Source: Mobula birostris
Lineage: Eukaryota
Direction: 5' to 3'
Assembly: GCF_030028105.1 (NCBI RefSeq)
Contig: NC_092379.1
Span: 27,397,821-27,461,820, forward strand
Length of the DNA stretch: 64,000 nucleotides
Position 1 is the first letter of the stretch. Every line of letters begins with the position of its first letter. Both the position numbers and the translations under genes were made by a program. The notes under the pieces were generated by a model. That model saw only the letters and a list, made by a program, of their open reading frames with translations, made no database searches and was not told where the DNA came from. Shown piece by piece: positions 38,717 to 49,736 of the stretch.

Positions 38717-38759
38717 TTTCTACTCTTCACAGCTGCATCTGGTTCCAACGCGGCAGTGT

Positions 38760-38798
38760 GGTACTTGTAAGCGTTCAGCGGCACTTATTGTGCCTGTT
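38760..38798 (-). other. Mutated 23-RSS of inverted pseudogene psiV3'
   Basis: On the - strand: AACAGGC, 23-nt spacer, ACAAGTACC. Confidence 0.7.
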
Positions 38799-39113
38799 GA
38801 ATTGAAGACGGAACAATACAGGGTCGAGTCTGGCAGCTACGTTTCAGAAACAACCAATAGAACCGTTTGGATCTAGGCACTGAGGACAATTGGACAATTT
38901 TATCGAGCAACAACAGAAAGCTGCACTACTCTTTTCTTTTCAGCGAAGCTGTTTTCCTGGTGCAGGATTTCTAGCGTCCCGCTGGAATATTGACCGCAAC
39001 AGTATGGATACATATTAGAGGCAGGAGATTCTGCATAATTACATTGCAACAGGAAATCCCACACTTCGTTTTGGATATGTATGCAAGAAAAACAGAATCT
39101 CCTTGCAGAGTTG
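38799..39113 (-). pseudogene. Inverted TCR V pseudogene psiV3'
   Basis: LQGDSVF..., frameshift, QNEVWDFLLQCNYAESPASNMYPYCCGQYSSGTLEILH...*IQTVLLVVSET*LPDSTLYCSVFNS. Paralog of psiV2'. Confidence 0.82.
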
Positions 39114-40195
39114 CTGCACGAATTACGTGGAGAGAGAATATGTTAAATATATATGTAACGTATTATATTTTTCAAACAAAATTTGCCGCTCGGTGATCGT
39201 ATTCGTTAATAAATACGTAAAGCGAACTCTCCCTTCGGCTTCGCAAGTATAAGTTTTAATATAGTTCGGAAACTGGTGTTCATAGAGATTAAGAGAGCTG
39301 CAGTCGCCGTCCAGGCAAATGCCATACTAGAAATTCCAGTTTTGAACACTCTCTCGTTTCTGAAACTTCTCTGAACACATTTAATAAACTCTAACATGTG
39401 ATTGAATTTGTAGAAGTACCATTTGAATAATAAACGCAGAACAGCATATGCTGTTTATTTGAGATGTTAGGCATCTGTCTGGCCTTCCTAGGGATGGATC
39501 GTCCACTTCTCAAAGGAGACCTGAGAGTAAAATAAGATGGAGAACATTACCATTGAGGAAGATAATAGAAGTGTTTCTTGGGAACGAAACATGACTGCTG
39601 ACAATGGTCTGTGTAGGGTAAGGCTGCATATAGTGATAGGAATGTCATTAGCTTCAACACAATTATGGAAAATGATAGATCATGTCACTGTGCTATGCTT
39701 TCAACTAGAGAAATTCCACTTCTGATGGTATGATAGATGATGTTGCAAGTGTTAATTGAGACAGGCTATTTTCTAGCAAAAGAAAATTTGGTAAGTGGGA
39801 GACCTACTAAATGTAAAATATTTAAAGTACAAAGTTTCTATATGACTGTCGGAATAAATAGTAGTGATTACATCATCAGGGACACACGGCTGTCAGGGAT
39901 ATTGAGATCCTCGTTCAAAAAATGGAGCTGCATAGGAAGAAATGAGTTACTTTTGGAGAACAGAAAATGCAAAATGATACTTATAGAGGAAATCAGTGTC
40001 GGACGTTAAAAAAAAATATGATGGTTTTAGCGAAGAATGGAAAGCAGAATCCTCAGGCCGTCTTCACAGAAACTCAGATATAAAGCGTTGAAGAGATAAA
40101 GTTGCCCTTCTGGAAGAACGGGTTGATCATCTATCCAGGGAGGCAAAACCGATAGGGAGAATTTTAAGTTGATTTATTTTAGATTAATTTGTATC

Positions 40196-41217
40196 TGTCA
40201 TACGGAGGTGACTGGGAACGTACCCAATCGCAAGACACAGACACTGAAGTACTAGGGACAGGACTAGGATACAGGGTGACAGCAAGGACATGGACACGAT
40301 AACCGGGAACCCGGAACAACCAAGAGAGCTAGGAGCCCGGGCTTCGACTCTGAGCCAGAGACTGGACAAGGACCAGTCTCTGGCTCTGGCTCGGACCCCA
40401 GATGTAAGCACCGACGAGGCTTGGCGGGCAGTCAGGATGCGGCTGGAGTTTTCAGGCTTGAGGCTAGAGGCGAGGATTGGCAGGAGGCTGGAGACTTCAG
40501 AATTGATGCTAGAGGTGAGGCTTGGCAGGAGGCAGGAGGCTGTAGTCTTCAGGCTTGAGGCTAGAGACTAGAGGCCAGAGACTTGAGGCAAGGCTTGGCA
40601 GGAGGCAGGAGACTGGGGTCATCAGGCTTGAGGCTAGACAGGAAGCTGGAATCTTCAGGCTTGAGGCTCGGCAGGCTCCACCTGGGCAGGGCGCGATTCA
40701 CCTGGGCAAGGCGCGGTACTCCTGGGCAGGACGCGGTACTCCTGGGCAGGGCGCGTATCATCACCCGACGGAGGTATGGGACAGGAAAGGACGGAACCAA
40801 CCGCAGGTAACGGCAAGACGTTCTGGCTTACCTGGGCGGAGGCAAGGGACAGGAAGGGAGCTAGGTACAGGGTGGTTCCAAGACAAGACTGCAGGCGAGA
40901 CGAGGCGAGAGTTACCAGCCAGACAAGGCAAGTCTTCAGGCAAAGCAAGGCGAGGCGAGATTTACCGGCAAGACAAGGCAGGGCTTCAGGCGAGGAAACA
41001 GAAGGCAAAGAAAGGGATACAAAGAGTAAGAACAGGAACAATCCAGCAGCCACGCCCTGCCCTCTGAAAGTATTTATGCAGCCAGTCCCAACGAGCATCA
41101 GCTGACACAATTAGAGCTCAACAAGAATAGAAACAGTGTAGACAGGAAAACCTGGAGCAAGGGTCGATGGGCCGGACCGTGAACCGGAATACGGACTTCA
41201 CGGACCAGACCATGACA
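40196..41217. mobile_element. Solo LTR with 5-bp TSD GTATC
   Basis: TGTCA...TGACA termini; GTATC at 40191-40195 and 41218-41222. The paralogous site in copy 1 (~29200) is empty. Internal degenerate tandem repeats at 40430-40760. Confidence 0.85.
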
Positions 41218-44200
41218 GTATCTCCATTTACTCCGGATAAGGACAGTGAGGTAAGCCAGTAGCGAGGTGGGCACCGTACAAAGATTACAGAGGAAGAGAT
41301 GTTGGCTGTCTTGAGAACATTTAGCGTGGATTAATCTCTACTGCCCGACGGGCTGTTCCTAAAGTTACTGCAGGAGGCATGTGAGGTAACTTCAGGGACA
41401 TTAGCAAAGACAATTAAGTCACGTATAAAGAAAAAATAAAAACTGGTGATTTCCTGGCTTAACTGACGTATAAGCTCTGCACAGGCATCCAGCCGGGTAA
41501 AGGTATTTGTTTTTAACGGTGTTTCGATTACGTTCTCCAGTAACTTCATCATGTATAATAATATCGATGTAGGTCTGGTCTAGTAGTGTATATATTCCGG
41601 TCGTCCATCCGTCCTGTTTTTTTTTTTTTTTTTTTGTCTTAAACCGATCAGGTTTCGATGCCCTGCGTCGTTTATAAGCGACCTCCACTTCTAAATTAGT
41701 GGGAGATCTTCGTCTTCGTTAAAATTATGCTTTAGTTTAATATCCATTCAACGACTTCAGTGACCATGCGGTCGCAAAAACATTGGCATGACACAGAAAT
41801 TTTATACCGTGGAAATGCATCTTATGGCAATTAGGTAAGGAATGTTGTGCTACCGCTTTCTTCTCCGGGTAGCCCAAAGTGAGGCATCTACTAACCTCCG
41901 TGATGGCCATTCGCATCGGGAGTACCGTCTGGCCAAAATAACGAGGAAAAACCAGTGAAGCTGCCTGTCTTCCCCATGTTTCCTTTATTACTTGAAGTAC
42001 CGGCAAATCCTAAAGAAATACTGGATTAATGTCATCAGCAAACTCGCAAGGAAGTCCGAATCACAGCATATGCGGAACAAAGATGGTTTACTTGGCTGCG
42101 AATGTCTAGGGAAAACATTTCCCAATACAGACAAACCCATGAGATTGATTCGGCTCTCCTGTTCCAAGCCCCGGTTTATGGATGCTGTGTAATTTGCTAC
42201 TCTGTTACATTGCAGAGACAAGAAACAACAGAGAGCACATTGCATAAGATTAATGGAATTGTATTTATAAATCTTAACGAAAGGGTAAGCAAAGAAAAGA
42301 AACGGAAAATGAAAAAAAAAACACAAATAGCCCGATATAATTATACAGTAAATGTGCACTACATGGAGCTCAATTAAGTGATCCTTAGTCGATCTGTCGA
42401 TTGGCTCCACGAATCACTGTCTTCCCACCTGACTATATCTAACGACCGGTTCTGTCCTGCGTCTTCTCATTCTTCTCCAGCCGAACAAATGAGGCACATC
42501 ACATTCGAAGACATCCATTATCTCTAGCCAATACTCAAAAACTTCTTCTAAAATATTAAGACCATTCCGTTAGCAGTAGAAGCTTTCCCAGGGTATTACA
42601 CATATACCCACCGGACTAGACATGATTCGGGCTCATTCCTGATGAAGATGCCGGAGTCTGTATTCGACACGTCAGTGAAAATTGATGTCCTTACCTGGTT
42701 TGAAGCCGAGAATAGTTTAGGCAAATTTAGGACATGATGAGCGATAAGTGAATTCCTGGATGGGTGTTAGAGGAGAGCCAATATTGCTCCCTTCTTTATG
42801 CAATGGTCTGAGTAAAAGCCAGGAATTTATACAACCGTGAATACGTCACCAGTATAGTCTAAATCCCGTGGAAGTTATCCTGAGTCACTGGATATATGAG
42901 TATTCATTGTTAGACGGGGCTGTTTAAGAAGAGTCGGCATGGGTTTGTAGATGGTACGCCGTGTCAGCCCATGTAACATATTTCGGCGACGAAGTTACCA
43001 TGAATGTTGCTGAATAGAAGGCAGTGGGTCGTATCTATATGACCATTAGCTAGTCATTCTACCAACACTTCTATGGAGGTTTACCGCGACGATTAAATTG
43101 CCGGTGCTCAAGATGAAGTTGTAAATTGGATTATACATTGACTTAACAGAAGCAGGCAGAGGGTGGCAGTAGATGTTTGAGTCTCTGTCTAAAGGAGTGC
43201 AGCAGCGATCATTCCCCTATCCGTTGCTGTTTATCATCTACACCGACTATCACATGATCATGTGGTTTACTGGCTGAGCAACCTTGCGGACGACACCAAA
43301 ATTAGGGAAGCAGCAGACAGCGAGGAACACTACGAAGTTATTTAGCGTGAACTGCAGAATCTAGAAAAATGGGCAAAGAAGGCACATTAAATATTATGCA
43401 GACGCGTGTGTTTTGCTGCACGGTGGATGGGACAGCCGCCTTGCACATAGAACACTGAGAAGAAGGATTTCGATAAAACAAAATGATCTGAGAATGCAGG
43501 TCAATAAATAATTTATGAGGCACATTGCATCATAAATCAATGTGTCAAGTAGAGCTTATGGGGTGTTATGTTGAAGTTGTCTCAGGCATTGATAAAGCCT
43601 GATTTAATAGAGTGCGCAGCCTACAACACCGACCTAGAGGAAGCACTTTACATTTGCCTGAAGCAGTACAGGGACAATTTGTTGGCTTAAGGGGATTGAT
43701 TAAATACGTTAGATATTCATTCCCTATGTTGCAGATGATTGAAAAGAGATTTTATCAATTTATGCACAATTGCCAGGTGTCTAGGTAGGAAAATACAGAC
43801 AGACCCTTTAACTAAGGCTGCGTGAGACAGCAATTAGAGCTCATGGGTGAAGGATAAATAGCAAAATGCTTAAAGGATCATGAGTGTAAAATTAATCACT
43901 TGGATGGTGGTAATAACGTGGAACCATATTTCAGTATAAGTGATTGCTTCGATTTGCATTGAACCATGCAAAAATTTTCTGTATAATTACTTGTATTTTA
44001 GGGGTATATGAAAACAAAATTCAGGAAAGATTCTTCAGATCAGACGCCATCCTTGAAAAGAGGAACCTTACTGATTTTTTCAAGTGGGAGATACTTTGTT
44101 GGAATTTACAACGTTGGCACCCCATTAACTACTCCTGCGTAATGGACGTCTGCAATAATGTGTTGTCAGTCGCAGCATATTGCGCCTTCTTGTGTCTTAT

Positions 44201-47089
44201 CTGGCTGGGAGCAGATGCTCATCGCACCTCAAAGGCGACGAGAATCACCGACACAAGTACCCAATCCTCATATAAACACACTAAGTCAAAGCTAGTTAGA
44301 GTTAAGTACTCAATCATATACATATAAGCTCTGCACAACAAAACAGGGAAGACAACGTCACAAATTCAGAGAGTGTGGCACATACACTAAACAGGTGAGA
44401 TCAGAGGAAAATTGAATATAGAACTTTGGAAGGTAACTGAGCCAAAGAAGGTGCGAATAACTAATAAATCTGGTAAGCCAAAGTAATTATTATTATTATT
44501 TTCAGCATTGAAATCAGAAACCGACTACGAATTTCCATTACCAAGTACTTATCTGTTTTTCCTTCTTGGATCTACAAAGCATCTTTTATTATCTCCCCTC
44601 TCTTCTGGACAAATCCGCTTACTGACAATACTTGTGTATTATTGTACACTCCTCTTTGTTATTAAATGTTATTGGAATATCTTTCCAGTCTCTGCAATTC
44701 TCCAATTTATGCTGAGCATTTTCCCTCTTAAACAGTTTTTTTTTTTTTTTTCACGATGCAGTGCCGCAAATGGAAACGGCGACATTTCGATCCCTGAGCA
44801 ATGCTGTTTGATATACTGCTTGTTTTTTTTTCACAGCAGTTTGCCTCTGCAGATTTCAGTTTCTGCAGTGCCTTTTCTCACCAATAAATTCGCCTACTGC
44901 CTTCATTTGAATTCATGCATTTGGAACGGAAATATTTTTGAATTTTGGCACCTGATTGGAATCACACATTTATTTATTTATTTTTTTATTTGCATCATCA
45001 TGAAGTATGACTTTCCTACCCTTCGACCCACAACACCTGCCAATTCCCCGATCTAATAGTAGTCTGCTCACGGGACAATTTACAATAACCATTTAACCTA
45101 ACAGTCTGTAAGCCTTTTGAAGTATGGGGAGAAATGAGATTACCCAGAGGAACCTCACGCAGTGACGGGGAGAACGTAAAACATCCTGTGAGGCAGCGGG
45201 AGGAATTTAACCCGGTCGCTTGTAAATTATAGGCTGTACTAACCATTAATCTCCGTTGCCGATATTGTGTGGATACAACGATGACATGAGAGCGGTTCGG
45301 AACAGGAATAGGCCCTGTATCCACAATTTTGTGCTAAAACAGCTAAAATGGTAAATCAAGACTATTATGTCCTTCCTACATATTGTGCATATCCCTCCAT
45401 ATTCCGTGTATTTATGTGTCTATCTAAGTATCTTTTGAAAGCCACTAATGTATTTGTCTCTTACACCATGCGGGCAGCGTATACTAGGCATGGTTTATTC
45501 TCTAAGAAAATATAAACGAACAGTTTCTATCCCCTTTGTACATAACTACTCCCATTTTCAATGCGTGGCAACTGGTATTGGAATTTTCGCCCGAACAGTT
45601 GTATCCCATATCTACTATATCTATCCTCTCATAATCCAGTCGCTTTTGCTGGCACTTGTCATCTAAACCTGGTAGCAACATCCTGTTCTGCAGCGCGGTT
45701 TCTTCACCATATTACACGATGTCCGCAGCTGGCGCACAGAACATTAACAAAAATATGTCGAAATAGCATGGGTTTTGTCCCTGAAGATGAGAAGGAGTAC
45801 ATCCATCCTGATAAGTTACAACAAAAGAACCATAGTCGTTGAGTCACTGGTAGGGGTCAAATTCGTTGAGCCCTGAGGTTAAAAAATGTATTGTTGTTTC
45901 ACACGATTTTGGGGCCGATTACAGAGCAAAGAATACATCTGCTGGTGGACGTCAAAGGGAAACATCTGTGGAAGTGAAACAATATTCAATAACTTGGATC
46001 AAGAATCCCGGATCATGACTGTAGCTGGAAGATAGACGTTCTGAAAAAGTGAAAGGGCAATACGTGACAGAAAGCAGACGAGGAAAATTATTCGATTTTG
46101 GATACAGTGTCTAGTGGATTATATTTCGAGAAAGATAATAAGCTATTTATATTCCACACTTGTTAAGATGGGAAGGGGGACGCAAGTATAGAGACAGCAA
46201 ATAGATTGTGAGAGTCAGAGACGAATGAGGTTCAAGATGCTGGAAATTAATATGGGAAAAGAATGATCTGCAGCCAAATAAGGTGAGGGTAGAGGTCAGA
46301 TAATAACGGATTTGAGAAATGAATAAAAGTTGTTTAAGAGGAAATGAGGAGCAGGAAGATTTTATATGTACCTTCAGGAACAAACGGAGCGTAGGTTTTC
46401 TGTAACTATAGATTTTTTGTGCAATTAGACGAATGGCTTTTCCCGGAAAAAAAAAAACAATCAAAACAATTTCTTCACTGAATAAGTTCAGAGTTATATT
46501 TTATGGAATATCTTACACGCTCGCAATTCGTTTTTTTTTTCTTTTTTTCATAGATTTTTTTTTTTTTTCCCACCGATAGCAAAACAATTCGTGGACTTTT
46601 CAGTGTCTCTATAATATCTATTCTACTGTTTTCACTGCTTAAACTATGGAAAAAATTCCTGCAACACTTTGAATGCAAATGTCCCAATCTAAGATATCAG
46701 CAGAGGGCATCAAGTCATTAGCAGCTGGTCCAACTCGAAGGTACTAATTAGGCTGCTCATTTGCAGCTTTCGTCGTGCCATTCCAGGCCAGAGACATATC
46801 CCAGTGAATATTTGATTCCATGTCTTTTCCGGAACCAAAATACACTTGAAGGCACCGAGCAGTTTCAGATTACCATTGTCAAGTAAAATGCTATCAGCGC
46901 AATGACTCCCAACCTGACATCTATGTCTAAACGTATATTAAAGAAAACATACATATCGTTTATGGGTAATAAGAATTACGGTTATTTTTTTTTTTTTTTT
47001 TTGTCGTTGCTCTCATGCTTCTGCCACTTTAGAGTCCCCAGAATGGTAAGCTTAGTGATTGGATTTTTAACCTTCGCTATTCTGTTCCA

Positions 47090-47345
47090 TCCCATGATCA
47101 TCTCATATCCCTTTTGCCAATCAACTTTCCAGCTCGAAGATCCAGTCCTCCCCCTCCTGTCTTCTCCTATCATTTCGGATCTCCCCACACCCTCTCACTT
47201 TCAAATCTCTTACTATCTCTTCTTTCAGTTAGTCCTGACGAAGAGTCTGCCCCCGAAACTTCGACTGTACCTCGTCCTACAGATGCTGCCTGGCCTGCTG
47301 CTTTCACCGGCAACTTTTATGTGTTTAGCTTGAAATTAGTGCATC
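47090..47345 (+). mobile_element. Penelope terminal-repeat fragment present only in copy 2
   Basis: Matches 800-1040; absent from the equivalent position of copy 1 (~35920). Confidence 0.8.
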
Positions 47346-47694
47346 TGCAGATTTTCTCGTGTTTATAAATTATATAAACATTTTGAGAGGGATAGAGAAT
47401 TTCGGAGATGCAGTCTTTTTTTCCCAGAAAATGTCAATCCAAAGCAAGTGGACGTAGTCTGCCTCTAAGAGAGGAAGATATTAATCGACCTGATGGGCCA
47501 CTTATTCACTTTCAGGCTCTTAAATATGTGGATTATGCCAACGGAGAGGCTTTTTTTATGTTTTCATTAATTAAATTGCAGTTGCTTAGATTAACGGAAG
47601 GTTACGATCGGAGAGATTTGGGCTGAACGCAAAAGATTCGGATTAATTGTTGGGCAGGCTTTCAACATGGATGACAGGGACAAAAACTCACTGA

Positions 47695-48320
47695 TATCAA
47701 GTGGGAGTTACTTCGTTAGAACCTAGTACATGGGCACCCTATTATTTAATCCAGCATAATTAACGTCCGCAAAAACGTGTTGTTGTTTGTAGCATGTTGC
47801 GCCCTCTTGTGTCTTTTGCTGGCTGCGAGCAGATGCTCATCACACGTCCGAGGAGAAGACAAACACCAACACAAGTACCCAATCCTCTTGTAAACACACT
47901 TACTCAGAGCTAGTTAGAGTTAAATACTCAATCATATACATATAAGCTATGCACGGCTTAGCAGGGGACGATACAGTCACAAATTCAGAGTGTGGTTTAT
48001 ACACTAAACAGATGAGAATGGAAGAAAATTAAATATAGAGCTTTGGAAGTTAACTGCAGCCAAAGAAGGTGGGAATAACTAATAAATCAGTTAAGTCAAA
48101 TTCATAAGTCTTTCAGCAATGAATTCAGAAACTGACTACGAATTCACACTACCAAATGTTTCTCTTTTTTTTTTCTGGTTGCATCTAAAATGCATCTTAC
48201 ATTATCTATCATCTCTTCCGGCTACCTCCGCTTACTAACAATACCTGTATATTATGGTACACTCCTCTTTGGTAATAAATCCACGACCAGTAATTTATTT
48301 GAGCATTTCACATGGAAACG
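47695..48320 (+). repeat. Third partial copy of the duplicated unit (equivalent to ~32855-33545)
   Basis: TTACTTCGTTAGAACCTA.TACATGGGCACCCTATTATTTAATCCAGCATAATTAACGTCCGCAAAAACGTG is shared almost exactly with copy 1. Confidence 0.85.
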
Positions 48321-49545
48321 AGGAGAAAATAAATCCAGAGGGTTTCTACAGTTGTATTAATAGCAAAAGGACAGTGAGGGATAAAATTGATCCCATAGAG
48401 AATCAGAGTGGACGGCTATGTACGGAGCCAAAAGAGATGGGGGAGATTTTGAACAATTTATTTTAATCGGTATTCACTAAGGAGAAGGATACTGAATTGT
48501 GTAAGGCAAAAGAAACAAGAAGGGTAGTTATGGAAGTATGACGATTAAAGAAGAGGAAGTACTGGCGCTGTTAAGGAATACAAAAGTGGACAAATCTTCC
48601 ATGCCCTATCATTTAACATGTATGTCCTATTTTGATTACTCCTACCAAAATGTAGCACTTCACATTTCTCAGCATTCAACTCCATCTGCCATCTTTCAAC
48701 CGACTCTTTTAACTGGCCTAAATCGCTCTGCAAGCTTTGAAAATCTACTTCATTATCCTGAACGCCACCTATCTTAGTATCATCTGCATACTTATTAATC
48801 CAATTTATTACCCCATCGCCCAGATCATTAATATATATGACAAACAACATTGGATCCAGTAAAGATCCCTGAGGCACACCGCTACACACCGTCCTCCAAT
48901 CTGATACACAGTTAACCACCACTACTCTCTGGCGTCTCCCATCCAGCCACTGCTGAATCCATTTTATTACTTCGATATTAATGCCTAACGATTGAACCTT
49001 CCTAACTAACCTTCTGTATGGAACCCTGTCAAAGGTCTTACAGACGTCCATATAGGCAGCATCCACCGCTTTACCCTCGTCAACTTTCCTAGTAACCTCG
49101 CAAAAAAAAATCAATAAGATTTGTCAAACATGACCTTCCACGCATAAATTCATGTTGTTTGTCCCTATTCAAACGCTGTCTATCCAGATAATTATATATT
49201 CCATCTCTAAGGATACTTTCCATAAATTTACCCACCACTGACGTCAAGGAGAAGATGGCGGCGCCACGCAGCGGGCGCGGCTTTTCCGCATTGATATCGT
49301 ATCTGTGAAATAGGATGCATTGCACAATCCTGATTTGATAGAAACAAACGCGAGGGAGCACCGAGCAACTCATTAACTCCAAGCTGCCTATATTTATTGT
49401 AGATTCCTCTCCTTTTCCGAAGCAAGTTTCCTATATCCCTTGAAAACGATGGCTTTCTCAAACTTTTAACCTTTTCTTTCAACCTAACAGGAACATAAAG
49501 ATCCTGTACCCTCAAAATTTAACCTTTAAATGACCTCTATTTCTC
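48321..49545. mobile_element. Cluster of CR1 fragments in both orientations
   Basis: ORF 48545-49114(-) reads DVCKTFDRVPY...SGVPQGS...YADDTKIGG; a + fragment at 48321-48600. Confidence 0.85.
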
Positions 49546-49736
49546 TATTACAACCTTGCTTTATTCACTACACACTACCTACCATAGTTTTACTCTCTAT
49601 CATGGCGCAAAAAATTGTTTTGCAAACGACCGATTTCGTCTTGATAAATTAAAAATCCAATTTCTAAACGGCATTGTGATATATACATACACACACACAC
49701 ACACACACTCACACACACACATATACATATATATAT

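Larger units (their letters stand above)
37730..47690 (+). repeat. Copy 2 of the tandem segmental duplication
   Basis: Collinear with copy 1. Carries extra insertions (solo LTR 40196-41217, Penelope fragment ~47090-47330). Confidence 0.88.

Noticed and set aside
40555-41110. Several long overlapping ORFs (up to 170 aa)
   Set aside because: Low-complexity artefacts of tandem repeats inside the solo LTR.
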